DNA of 64,000 nt from an uncultured archaeon (GCA_964551725.1 CAZKED010000002.1:25466-89465), one strand, 5' to 3'; shown: positions 56,094-64,000, counted from the stretch's first letter. Notes: generated from the letters alone by a model not told the origin. A program made the numbers and translations.

Positions 56094-56246
56094 TCACTTG
56101 CCCAGCATTCTCTCTATCCTGTCAAGCCTTTCCCTCATTTCCGCTATTGCGTCCATTAATTCCGCATGGGTCGGCTCGTCGTAAGGCGCGGGCGGAACAG
56201 GCGCATGCCTTTCGTGGGGCGGCATTGGCGCGTGGTGTCTCGGCAT
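56094..56246 (-). CDS. 50-aa His/Pro-rich small protein, stand-alone paralog of the C-terminal tail of the adjacent ArsR-family regulator
   Basis: GGAGGTGA RBS 6 nt upstream of ATG; MPRHHAPMPPHERHAPVPPAPYDEPTHAELMDAIAEMRERLDRIERMLGK vs regulator tail ...PALHHPKPPHEVMEEARAEILQKLAEMEKRLQRIEEKLG. Confidence 0.5.
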   Translation of the reverse strand: MPRHHAPMPPHERHAPVPPAPYDEPTHAELMDAIAEMRERLDRIERMLGK

Positions 56247-56275
56247 CTGGCATCACCTCCTTTTAGACAGAGACC

Positions 56276-56452
56276 TCAGCTGAGCATTGAGCTAAGCCCT
56301 GCCCACACCGGCGCAGAGGTGGGCAGGACAACATTGACTGGAAACTGTAAAAGTGCGAGAATTGCCGCAAGAGTTGCGGTAATGCAGGTGGAAATGCAGA
56401 CCGCTTTCAGCAGGTTTTTCCTTTTTTTTTCATGCAATGGAATTGGCGGCAT
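56276..56452 (-). CDS. 58-aa putative single-TM peptide (alternatively a structured ncRNA)
   Basis: GGAGG RBS 7 nt before ATG; MPPIPLHEKKRKNLLKAVCISTCITATLAAILALLQFPVNVVLPTSAPVWAGLSSMLS; but region holds two strong hairpins (56298-56327, 56361-56383). Confidence 0.3.
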   Translation of the reverse strand: MPPIPLHEKKRKNLLKAVCISTCITATLAAILALLQFPVNVVLPTSAPVWAGLSSMLS

Positions 56453-56551
56453 CACAAAACCTCCTTTTCTAATTTTCTATGAATATCTAATGAGCCGCAA
56501 TGTTTAAATACTTTTCTACTTTCCTATAAAATTAGAAAGAGTGTTTTTTTA

Positions 56552-56941
56552 GTGTTTTTGGTGATTGTTGTGCGGGAACAGGAAATCCACAGTGCTTTGT
56601 CTTCGCCGGTAAGGCGGGAAATTCTCCTTTTCCTTGGCACGGGAAAAAAGTATCTGAGCGAAATAGCGGAACACATTCAGCGCGCCCCGCAGACCGTGGA
56701 CTTCCACCTGAAAATACTGGCGAGCGCAGGCATTGTTTCCAGTTCCGCGGAGGAAGGCAAGGCATTCTACGAACTGAAGGATAGGAGCATTCTCAAATTC
56801 CTGCGAGAGCGGAGGCCCATTCCCGCTTTGCATCACCCAAAGCCCCCGCACGAGGTAATGGAGGAGGCGCGCGCGGAAATTCTGCAAAAGCTCGCGGAGA
56901 TGGAAAAAAGGCTCCAGAGGATTGAGGAAAAACTAGGATAG
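56552..56941 (+). CDS. ArsR/SmtB-family winged-helix transcriptional regulator with His/Pro-rich, coiled C-terminal tail
   Basis: ALSSPVRREILLFLGTGKKYLSEIAEHIQRAPQTVDFHLKILASAGIV matches ArsR HTH; GTG start; TATA (cctataaaat) ~20 nt upstream flanked by 11-bp inverted repeat. Confidence 0.65.
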   Translation: MFLVIVVREQEIHSALSSPVRREILLFLGTGKKYLSEIAEHIQRAPQTVDFHLKILASAGIVSSSAEEGKAFYELKDRSILKFLRERRPIPALHHPKPPHEVMEEARAEILQKLAEMEKRLQRIEEKLG

Positions 56942-57736
56942 CGCTTCAGCCCGTTTCTCCAGCTCTTCGAGCATTTTTCCGCCGGCATCCTTTTTCCCGA
57001 AAAAATCCTCTTTTGCGGCAATGCTCAGCTTGTTTGCAAGAGTCCGCGCCATTTTTCCGCGGTTTTTCCTTTTCACCCTGCGAAGCAGGGGATGCTGGAA
57101 TATAAGCCCGTGCTTCGGGGGCTTGCTTCCGGTCTTGAGGTGCTTGAATAACGCGCGCTCCGCCCCTATTACCTGTACTGTGGAAGAAGGCATCATTGCC
57201 AGTTTTTTAACCGAGCCGGCTTCGTTCAAAAGGCGCGCGCCCAGAATTGCTCCAGCCAACAGGGAGAATGCGGGCATCTGCTCCCGCATTTCCGATTCGA
57301 TGTAGGAGCAGAGCGCATTTCTCTGCTTCTTGAGACTCAATGCTTTTTCCGCCAGCTTCGAAATTCTCTTTGCATCCTTTTCCTTTAAGGGCGAGCCGAT
57401 GCTCTTCTTCGCGGCTGCAGCAACTCTGGCTGCCTGCTCCCTGTTGTCGTAATAGGCGAGAACGTTTTCCTCGGTGAACTCCGCGCGGTCGCAGATTTTG
57501 GCGACCAGATTCAGGTATGTTTCATTCCCCTTCACCCGTCTTTCCAGTTCGGGAAAGTGAATGGAATACCACTCCCTCACATCCTCGAACAGCAGATTGA
57601 ATACTGAATCAATGTCCTCAAGCGTGTTCACCGCGCGTATTATGTGCACGTCCCTGCCCGTGTAACGTTCGATTACCTTCTTTTTTGCCTTGCGCATCAG
57701 TTCCCTGCGCAGCCGCCCGATTTTTTCCCCCGGCAT
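56933..57736 (-). CDS. nop5: Nop5/Nop56/58 C/D-box snoRNP protein lacking the N-terminal (fibrillarin-binding) domain
   Basis: Begins at coiled-coil region (GRDVHIIRAVNTLEDIDSVFNLLFEDVREWYSIHFPEL), Nop domain (LAMMPSSTVQVIGAERALFKHL.TG.KPPKHGLI); only 267 aa vs ~400. Confidence 0.75.
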   Translation of the reverse strand: MPGEKIGRLRRELMRKAKKKVIERYTGRDVHIIRAVNTLEDIDSVFNLLFEDVREWYSIHFPELERRVKGNETYLNLVAKICDRAEFTEENVLAYYDNREQAARVAAAAKKSIGSPLKEKDAKRISKLAEKALSLKKQRNALCSYIESEMREQMPAFSLLAGAILGARLLNEAGSVKKLAMMPSSTVQVIGAERALFKHLKTGSKPPKHGLIFQHPLLRRVKRKNRGKMARTLANKLSIAAKEDFFGKKDAGGKMLEELEKRAEALS

Positions 57737-57799
57737 AAAGAAAGAATAGCCAGGGAATGTTTTAAAATGGTTTTATTGAACACTTAAATAGGTGTTTTT

Positions 57800-59293
57800 T
57801 TGCCCAGAGAAGAATTGACGAATTTGGCACTGCGCCGCCAGCTGTTCTTTCCCGCAGCGGAAATTTATTCAGGCGCGCCGGCGGGCTTCTGGGATTTCGG
57901 ACCGATAGGCGTGCGCATAAGGAACAAGGTCGTTGAATTATGGCGCAGGGAACTGCTTGAAAAAGAGGGACTGCTGGAAATTTCCGGGTCGGTAATACTG
58001 CCCCGCGCGGTATTTGAAGCCTCCGGACACGTAAAATCATTCAACGATCCGATAGTGCAGTGCACGAAGTGCAGCGCGCTTCACCGCGCCGACCAGTTGA
58101 TAGAGGGCAGCACTGAAAGCATTATTCCCGAATCGAAGCCGGCCGCAGAACTGGACGCATTAATTGAAAAGCACGGAATAAAATGCCCCAAGTGTAAGGG
58201 TGCACTTGGAAAAGTGCGCCTGTTCAACATGATGATGAAGCTTGACATAGGCGCAACGCAGAGCCAGGAATGCTTCCTGCGCCCGGAAACCTGCCAGAAC
58301 ATTTTTTTGGATTTCGACCGCTTATTCCGCTCAGGGCGCTTGAACCTGCCTCTCGGAATAGCGCAGGCAGGCAAGTCCTTCAGGAATGAAATCGCCCCCA
58401 AGCAGACACTGCTCAGGGAGCGCGAACTCGGGCAGATGGAAATCGAGTACTTTTTCAATCCCGCGAAGATTAACGATTTTCCCGCATTTGAAAAAATAAA
58501 AAAGGAAAAACTAATGCTCATGCGCTTGGGAAAAAAAACCGAGCCGATAACAGCCGAGGACGCTGTCAAGAAAAAAATCGTTTCAGGAAAAGTGATTGCA
58601 TACTGGCTCGCCCGCGTCCAGCAGTTGTATGAGAAGTACGGAATTCCGCGTGCAAAAATGCGCTTCCGCGAACTGGAGAAGGAAGAACGCGCGTTTTACG
58701 CAAAAGAAACATGGGATTTTGAAGTTGAAACAGACCTCGGCTGGATTGAACTCATTGCGTGCAACTACCGCACCGACTACGACCTGAAAGGTCACGCGCA
58801 GGGAAGCAAAAAGAACCTCGCAGTGAAAGAAAACGGAGAGAAATTCATTCCGCACGTGTTCGAAATCTCCGCGGGCATTGACAGAACTTTTTACGTTTCA
58901 CTGGACCACGCGTTTCGAAAGGAAAAACGCGGTCCCGAGGAACGCAATTACCTGAAGCTGCCGGTTGCGCTCGCGCCCTATCTTGTCGCGGTGTTCCCGC
59001 TCGTTTCAAAAGACGGCCTCGCGGAAAAAGCCCGCTCCGTATTTGACCTGCTTGAAGAGCATTCCTTTGAATGCCTTTTCGATGAAAAGGGCTCGATTGG
59101 AAAGAGATATGCCCGCATAGACGAAATCGGCGTTCCTTACGCCATTACGGTAGATTACGATACAAAGAAGGATGACACTGTAACGCTGCGCGAACGCGAC
59201 TCAATGGAGCAGGTGCGGATAAAGATTGAAGAACTGCCCGAAAAACTCTGGACGCTCTCCATAGGCAAAACACAGTTTGACCAATTAAAATAA
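57800..59293 (+). CDS. glyS: Glycine--tRNA ligase (archaeal/eukaryotic-type dimeric GlyRS)
   Basis: Class II motifs, N-terminus LALRRQLFFPAAEIYSG, C-terminal anticodon-binding domain; TTG start at 57800 per ORF track. Confidence 0.85.
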   Translation: MPREELTNLALRRQLFFPAAEIYSGAPAGFWDFGPIGVRIRNKVVELWRRELLEKEGLLEISGSVILPRAVFEASGHVKSFNDPIVQCTKCSALHRADQLIEGSTESIIPESKPAAELDALIEKHGIKCPKCKGALGKVRLFNMMMKLDIGATQSQECFLRPETCQNIFLDFDRLFRSGRLNLPLGIAQAGKSFRNEIAPKQTLLRERELGQMEIEYFFNPAKINDFPAFEKIKKEKLMLMRLGKKTEPITAEDAVKKKIVSGKVIAYWLARVQQLYEKYGIPRAKMRFRELEKEERAFYAKETWDFEVETDLGWIELIACNYRTDYDLKGHAQGSKKNLAVKENGEKFIPHVFEISAGIDRTFYVSLDHAFRKEKRGPEERNYLKLPVALAPYLVAVFPLVSKDGLAEKARSVFDLLEEHSFECLFDEKGSIGKRYARIDEIGVPYAITVDYDTKKDDTVTLRERDSMEQVRIKIEELPEKLWTLSIGKTQFDQLK

Positions 59294-59320
59294 AAACCTG
59301 CAATGCACTAATTTTAGTAA

Positions 59321-59395
59321 GCCCGAATAGCTCAGCTGGTTCAGAGCACCGACCTCGTAAGTCGGGGGTCGCGGGTTCAAATCCCGCTTCGGGCT
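59321..59395 (+). tRNA. tRNA-Thr (anticodon CGU)
   Basis: Manual fold: acceptor GCCCGAA/TTCGGGC, D-stem GCTC/GAGC, anticodon stem CCGAC/GTCGG loop CTCGTAA, T-arm GCGGG-TTCAAAT-CCCGC; followed by T6 tract. Confidence 0.85.
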
Positions 59396-59527
59396 TTTTT
59401 TCCAGCGAAAAGGAAGTGTTTTTTTATCCCGCACAGGAAGAGGAGACGGTTTGAAATCCGGCAGAAGCAGAAGCGCAGGGAAAAATACAAAAAAGCCGAG
59501 AGCCAGATAGAGGAAATTAAGAGGCAA

Positions 59528-60196
59528 ATGGAGCCATTTGAGGGCATTATTTCGGCTTTGGAAGACGACAGCATAAAGCACGACCTCAGGCGCTTTCCCC
59601 GCCAGCTGAAGCTTCTTCTGGGTTTTCTTGAAGGCGATTACAGAACAGACCCAAAAACCTTCTTCCGCGGTCTAAAGAGGGCAAAAATACAGATTTCGTT
59701 CGTCAGCGAGCTTATAAGAAGGTATAAGGAGGGCATTCACTTTCAGCCGGAAAGGGTTCCCTTTTCCAGCCTGGCGGATTCAGTGAGGAAAACCTCATCG
59801 CTTTTCCTTCTCCCCTCTGCAAGGCTGTTTTTTGAATCCAACCTTTCGGAGAGAAACGCCGGCAGGGAAATGGGGGTGGACGCTTTCGCAATCCGGAGAG
59901 CCGTTTTCAATCTGGTTGGCAATGCCTTGCGGGCGACCGCGCAAGCAGGGAGTGTGCGGGTTACCCTTTCGCTTGGCAGGAACAGACTGAAAATCACGGT
60001 TTCAGATACGGGCAGGGGAATGCCCAGGAAGGAAGTGGAAGAATTTTATTCCAGGGGCTATATTACGGCTGGCGGTAGAAAGGAGTTCGGTCTGGCGAAC
60101 GTAAAGGAAATCGCCAAACTGCACAAAGGCAGCGTTGGAATAAAGAGTGCCGAGGGAAAGGGCACCACTGTAAGCATTGAAATTCCGGTCAAGTGA
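59528..60196 (+). CDS. Minimal cytoplasmic sensor histidine kinase (HisKA-like H-box + HATPase_c), no sensor domain
   Basis: H-box SIKHDLRRFPRQL near N-terminus; N-box NLVGNALRAT, G1 DTGRGMP, G2 GLANVKEIAKLHKGSV; 222 aa. Confidence 0.55.
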   Translation: MEPFEGIISALEDDSIKHDLRRFPRQLKLLLGFLEGDYRTDPKTFFRGLKRAKIQISFVSELIRRYKEGIHFQPERVPFSSLADSVRKTSSLFLLPSARLFFESNLSERNAGREMGVDAFAIRRAVFNLVGNALRATAQAGSVRVTLSLGRNRLKITVSDTGRGMPRKEVEEFYSRGYITAGGRKEFGLANVKEIAKLHKGSVGIKSAEGKGTTVSIEIPVK

Positions 60197-60208
60197 AATT
60201 CAGGGGGT

Positions 60209-61195
60209 TCATTTTCCCCCTATGAATCCTATTTTTTGCAGGAATGCGCGCAGGTCCTGCTCGACGCTTTCCAGTTCCCTTTCGGGAAAGGATTTCTCCA
60301 TGCTCTGCACGTTCACGAACCTTTTGCCTTCCCGCTGGCTTGTTTCGATTATGAGCTCCGCGTAGCTTCTTGCCCTGTTTTCGGCTTCCTCTGAAAAAAG
60401 TCCTTTCTCCAAGGTGATAACAACAGGAATGCGGTGCTTTCCGCTCACGCCGAGCACTTTTTCAACGAATTCGAAGGCGTCCTTTTTGTCCTTGAGGACC
60501 ATTTCGTCCACTATTGTCAGCACAACGAGCCCCCTTCCCTTGGCAACCTCGCAGAACCTCTTGAGGTCGGAGAGAATTTCCACGGGATAGGAAAAATACC
60601 TATAGCCGTCGTAAATTTTTCCTATTTCCATTGTTTTCCTTTTTTCTAGTTCGAGTTCTGCGAGCCTCTTTCTGAACTCCGACTCGCTTATGGCTTTCTT
60701 CATGAACTGGTAGCGCAGTGTTTTCAGTTTTTCGCTTATTTCGCTGCCGTGCCTGTAAATGGAAATAAGTATGTTTGTGTGCTTTTTGAATTTTTCGAGC
60801 TCGCGTTCCTTTATTGTGAGGAATATGGGGGATTCCTCGAAAAAGAAAAGCATTTTTGTGAGCAGGAGGAAATAACCGGTGAGGTTTTTTCCCGTGAGCA
60901 GGCAAACAGCGGGAACGATTTTTTTCTCCTTTTTTGCACGGGCTTCCGCAAGCGAGGGAACTTCGAGGAATTCAAGTGCGCTTCCTCCCTTGAAGTGCAC
61001 CAGTTCAATTCCTTTGACTTCCTTTCCCTTTCTTTTTCCGAGGGACGGCATTTTAATGAATTCGAGACCGCCTTCCCTGAGAAAAAAATGCCTCAGCCCC
61101 CCCACCTTTCTCGAAATCACCCAGTTGGCAGCCAGTGCGAGAATAAATCCGGTGACCGCAGCGAAGGGCAGAATATAGTAATAAAGCTCGTCCAT
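60209..61195 (-). CDS. Membrane-anchored protein with KaiC/RecA-like alpha/beta domain lacking intact Walker A (DUF835-like); tentative
   Basis: N-terminal TM helix, then ~280-aa alpha/beta domain; G-rich LLTGKNLTGYF not a canonical P-loop. Confidence 0.3.
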   Translation of the reverse strand: MDELYYYILPFAAVTGFILALAANWVISRKVGGLRHFFLREGGLEFIKMPSLGKRKGKEVKGIELVHFKGGSALEFLEVPSLAEARAKKEKKIVPAVCLLTGKNLTGYFLLLTKMLFFFEESPIFLTIKERELEKFKKHTNILISIYRHGSEISEKLKTLRYQFMKKAISESEFRKRLAELELEKRKTMEIGKIYDGYRYFSYPVEILSDLKRFCEVAKGRGLVVLTIVDEMVLKDKKDAFEFVEKVLGVSGKHRIPVVITLEKGLFSEEAENRARSYAELIIETSQREGKRFVNVQSMEKSFPERELESVEQDLRAFLQKIGFIGGK

Positions 61196-61227
61196 GCAAG
61201 AGGTATATTCCTTTTTATTATAAAAAA

Positions 61228-62025
61228 CTATTGTTCCCTTTTCCTGAGCAGTTTCACTGAAAAGGGAAAGGATTCATGGGTGTATTTTACCCTTATGGAG
61301 CCGGCTTCAATTCCTTCTTTTTGCAATGCTTGCCGCAATTTCACGATTATTGTCGCTTTTGCGGTTCCGCCGCTTGGAACGATTATTTTTTCCGGCACGC
61401 TTTCCAAGCCGAGCTTTTCGAATCCCGAGAACACCAGCGAAATTTCCCTCTGGTATGAGGAATTGCTCTTCAGCGTAATTATTGTTTCCCTTTCCTCCCC
61501 CGCGGCAATGTCTTCCAGAGGGTCAATGTCCGCTATTCTTACCCCCAAATCCTTTGCCAGCACGAGCGTCTGGGTTATGTTCTCCTCCGCTTTGACGGGA
61601 AATGATTCTGTCTTGAAGGGGGAGGGCGCACTTGCCGCTACAACGTAATTTCCCTGCGACACCACGAAATCGTATTCCGCGCTTCCCTGCTTGGAGAGCA
61701 GCAGCCTGCCGGTTTCCGGGTGCATGAAGGAAATTTTGTTGTTTTCTATTGGCTCGCCCTCGGTGTCCTCAACCGAAATGTGCAGCCTTACCGCGGCAGG
61801 CAGCATCAAAGGCCACACGACAAACAGGAACAAGAATACTGCAACGAGCACGGCAAGCCCGAAAACGGCTTTTTTGGGGATTGCGGGCAGTATGGGTCCT
61901 TCCCTTGAATAAAAAGAGGGAATTTTTTCAAGGAGGCTTTTTTCCCTTTCCTCTTCGAATTCCCCGGCTTCGAATGGGTGTATCAAAGGCTCGTCGTCTA
62001 TTCCCTGCAGCATGAAAACCATCAC
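61228..62025 (-). CDS. Hypothetical single-pass membrane protein with beta-rich extracytoplasmic domain
   Basis: 265 aa; TM helix AVFGLAVLVAVFLFLFVVWPLML; immediately upstream of 60209..61195 on same strand. Confidence 0.35.
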   Translation of the reverse strand: MMVFMLQGIDDEPLIHPFEAGEFEEEREKSLLEKIPSFYSREGPILPAIPKKAVFGLAVLVAVFLFLFVVWPLMLPAAVRLHISVEDTEGEPIENNKISFMHPETGRLLLSKQGSAEYDFVVSQGNYVVAASAPSPFKTESFPVKAEENITQTLVLAKDLGVRIADIDPLEDIAAGEERETIITLKSNSSYQREISLVFSGFEKLGLESVPEKIIVPSGGTAKATIIVKLRQALQKEGIEAGSIRVKYTHESFPFSVKLLRKREQ

Positions 62026-62104
62026 TTAAATAATGGGAAAAGGTTATTAATAGTTTTAACTCCATTTATAAAAGGTCATCTGGAGGAAAAAGGGGGCGTT
62101 TGTT

Positions 62105-62521
62105 TTGAAAATTCTTTTCCTGTCCGATTCCGGGAGCGGGGTGAACATTTTCCCCGAAATGGAGGAAAAGCTCGCTGGAGAGATAGCCGATTTGGACATT
62201 GATGCAGAATTTGTTCCGGGCAAGCTCGATTTGCCGAGAAAGGCGCTGTCCCGCGCGAACGAATTCGAGTTAATTTTCGTGCTGTGCCTGCACGAGGAAA
62301 AGGACCCCGAAGTGGACATTCTCAAGGAAAAACTGGTGGATGTGGAACTGCAGGCAGGCACTCCCATAATAAAAGCGATAGAGGAATCCGGAGCGGAGGA
62401 AATCGAATCCGAGGACCAGAGGGCAATGGAAAAAGAAGCGCTCACGGAAAAATGGTCAGAATTCCTGCTCAATTACTTGTTTCACCCGGACAAATTCGTG
62501 CCGGAAGCGGGTGAAGTGTGA
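62105..62521 (+). CDS. Archaeal riboflavin-synthase (RibC)/lumazine-synthase-fold protein; tentative
   Basis: 138 aa; MKILFLSD...VPGKLDLPRKALSRANEFELIFVLCL parallels archaeal RibC VPGIKDLPVACKKL...DIVMALG. Confidence 0.3.
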   Translation: MKILFLSDSGSGVNIFPEMEEKLAGEIADLDIDAEFVPGKLDLPRKALSRANEFELIFVLCLHEEKDPEVDILKEKLVDVELQAGTPIIKAIEESGAEEIESEDQRAMEKEALTEKWSEFLLNYLFHPDKFVPEAGEV

Positions 62522-62527
62522 ATTTCT

Positions 62528-63655
62528 TCATTCCGTTTTCTTTTTCTTCCCGCGCTTTTTCCCCTTTCCGCTCTTGCGCTTTTTTCCGCCTGCCTTTCTT
62601 GCGTCCAAAAGCATTTTTAGTGCAATCCTTCTCCTGTCTATGGATTCTATTTCCTTTTCCCTTTGCTTGAGCATTTCCTTCAAATGCTCTATTATTTTGT
62701 CCCTGCTCTCCAGGTCCTTTTCCAGTTTTCTCGCGTGCTTGCCCAGTTTCTCCTCTGCTTTTTTTCTCGCCGCTGCCTTGCTTTCCTCCAGTCCCATCAT
62801 TTCCAGGCTGTACTTGTTTCTCATTTTAAGCAGGTCATTCTCCATGTCAAGCACGGTTTTCTTCGCGTAATCCCTTTCCTTTTTCAACAGCGCGTTCAGT
62901 TCCCCCACTTTATCCACGTATTCCTCGTAAGTTCCGCTCATCAAATGCAGTCTTTCCCTCAAATCCATGAACTCCTGCTGCAGTCCTTGGAATTTTCCGC
63001 GGTAATGGTCCCACAGCGCTTCGATTTCCTTTTTATCCGAGTCCATTTTCCTTCCGAGGTCAAGCAAATCTTTCTCCAGATCCGCGGCAACCTCGTCGCG
63101 GATTACTCCCATGAATGTTTTCTTCTTCATTTCGTTGAATTTTTCCCTCAAATCCTGCAGTTCCGATTCCTTTGAAGCCAGTAATTTCATTAAATTTTTT
63201 TCCGCGCTTCCCTCCTCTAATTTTTCCTCAACGCGCTCGCGCTTGAGCGCGATTGCCGTTCTCTCCAGCTGGAATCTCGTGCGCACCAAAATGGAAAGCG
63301 CCTTCTGCTGCAGTGCTGCGTACAATTCGGGCTTTTCCGCTTGCTCGCGGAAATGCACTTCCCGTATCCGCGACTCTTTCTTCCTTTCCATCTGCAGGTT
63401 TCTCTTCAGGAATCCGTCCAGTTTTTCAAAATCCTTCAAGAGTGGAGCAAAATTCAGTTCCTCTCGCAATGGCTTTCCCAGTTTTTTGTCCAATTCACTT
63501 AAGCGCTTTGAAATGTCCCTGAGCGAGTGAATGCATTCCTCGAGTTCGTTGGCAAAAGAATACTGCGAGAATTCCGCCCAGTTCCTGTCCCTCAGGCGGA
63601 GGTGCAATGCGTTCATTTCATCCAGCGCTTTCTCCAACAACTGCCTTGCGTGCAC
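62528..63655 (-). CDS. Long coiled-coil protein with Lys-rich C-terminal tail, hypothetical
   Basis: 375 aa, heptad-repeat-rich all-alpha sequence, C-terminus GGKKRKSGKGKKRGKKKKTE. Confidence 0.4.
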   Translation of the reverse strand: MHARQLLEKALDEMNALHLRLRDRNWAEFSQYSFANELEECIHSLRDISKRLSELDKKLGKPLREELNFAPLLKDFEKLDGFLKRNLQMERKKESRIREVHFREQAEKPELYAALQQKALSILVRTRFQLERTAIALKRERVEEKLEEGSAEKNLMKLLASKESELQDLREKFNEMKKKTFMGVIRDEVAADLEKDLLDLGRKMDSDKKEIEALWDHYRGKFQGLQQEFMDLRERLHLMSGTYEEYVDKVGELNALLKKERDYAKKTVLDMENDLLKMRNKYSLEMMGLEESKAAARKKAEEKLGKHARKLEKDLESRDKIIEHLKEMLKQREKEIESIDRRRIALKMLLDARKAGGKKRKSGKGKKRGKKKKTE

Positions 63656-63780
63656 GCAAACACCGCATATTATTAATGCAGTACTCTTTAAATTGTTTTT
63701 CCGTGGCTTTTTTTCGTTCAGCGTAAAAAGCGGGCAACATTTTTATTTACCGCCGCACTATTCTTCTGTGAGGCGCTTTA

Positions 63781-64000
63781 ATGGAAGTGTTCGAGGAGAA
63801 AGGAATTCGTGTTTCCGGCTCGGATTTAATAATTGACCCGAGCGCAAAGAGCGATGCAGGCACTGTCATGATATCGCACGCCCACGCAGACCACGTTAAC
63901 TTTTCCAACAGGAATGCCGTGCTCTGCTCTCCGCCCACGCTCTCCCTCATAGAGCAAAACTACAAAAAGGCGAAAAAGGCGAATGCGCTGCGCATGGGCA
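63781..64000 (+). CDS. Metallo-beta-lactamase-fold hydrolase, 3'-truncated by window edge
   Basis: MISHAHADH (HxHxDH) motif 35 aa from ATG; ORF continues past window end. Confidence 0.5.
   Translation, partial: MEVFEEKGIRVSGSDLIIDPSAKSDAGTVMISHAHADHVNFSNRNAVLCSPPTLSLIEQNYKKAKKANALRMG

Noticed and set aside
56260-56551. C/D-box sRNA between fibrillarin and nop5
   Set aside because: No convincing C (RUGAUGA) and D (CUGA) box pairs with proper spacing were found. The region is better explained by the small ORF and hairpins.
59285-59581. 98-aa minus-strand ORF overlapping tRNA-Thr
   Set aside because: It overlaps a confidently folded tRNA and the histidine-kinase 5' end and has no support.
1-64000. 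CRISPR arrays, IS elements with terminal inverted repeats, and inteins
   Set aside because: No regularly spaced direct repeats, no transposase-like ORF with flanking inverted repeats, and no intein blocks in NrdD, Top6, PpsA or GlyRS were seen on manual scanning. An exhaustive repeat search could not be run by hand.

Overview
This 64-kb window is archaeal core-genome DNA. It has archaeal/eukaryotic-type information-processing genes, tight operons with many 4-nt ATGA start/stop overlaps, frequent GGAGG-type ribosome-binding sites and an overall GC near 50 %. Many proteins carry Lys/Glu-rich low-complexity tails, which fits a small-genome (DPANN-like) archaeon, but that lineage assignment is a guess.

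Two conserved superoperons dominate. The proteasome/exosome superoperon is RNase P Pop5, proteasome alpha, SBDS, Rrp4, Rrp41, Rrp42, L37ae, RpoP (not in the ORF track), Pcc1, prefoldin beta and a DHH phosphoesterase. A minus-strand translation/ribosome-biogenesis operon is an OB-fold protein, aIF2-beta, a 97-aa protein, aIF1A, Rio1, a KH/Dim2 protein, Top6B and Top6A.

Other recognisable genes are:
- translation and replication/repair genes: partial aIF2-alpha, aRF1, Mre11-like phosphoesterase, an EndoQ-like PHP nuclease, L10e and GlyRS;
- metabolic genes: UMP kinase, PEP synthase with a large charged insertion, AMP-forming acetyl-CoA synthetase, a CysK-like PLP enzyme and anaerobic class III RNR NrdD/NrdG;
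- RNA-modification, ribosome and protein-assembly genes: TruD, Dph2, a PAC2-family chaperone, an AmmeMemoRadiSam radical-SAM enzyme, fibrillarin, an N-terminally truncated Nop5, NMD3 and a beta-CASP RNase;
- a presenilin/SPP-like intramembrane protease;
- a putative S-layer protein followed by N-glycosylation membrane proteins;
- tRNA-Arg(CCU) and tRNA-Thr(CGU).

The things most worth a second look are:
- an AT-rich islet carrying a free-standing double-motif LAGLIDADG endonuclease whose 3' end runs into tRNA-Arg;
- a compositionally atypical islet with an Arg-rich 403-aa protein, and a second atypical small gene between pyrH and dph2;
- a repeat- and hairpin-rich intergenic region with a tRNA-like acceptor/T-arm minihelix;
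- a small wHTH ORF with no canonical start codon that is ATGA-coupled to the CysK-like gene, next to a ThiI-like protein whose PP-loop is destroyed;
- a locus between fibrillarin and Nop5 holding an ArsR-family regulator, a stand-alone 50-aa paralog of that regulator's C-terminal tail, and a 58-aa TM ORF or structured RNA;
- an orphan minimal histidine kinase;
- a protease-HTH-Zn operon.
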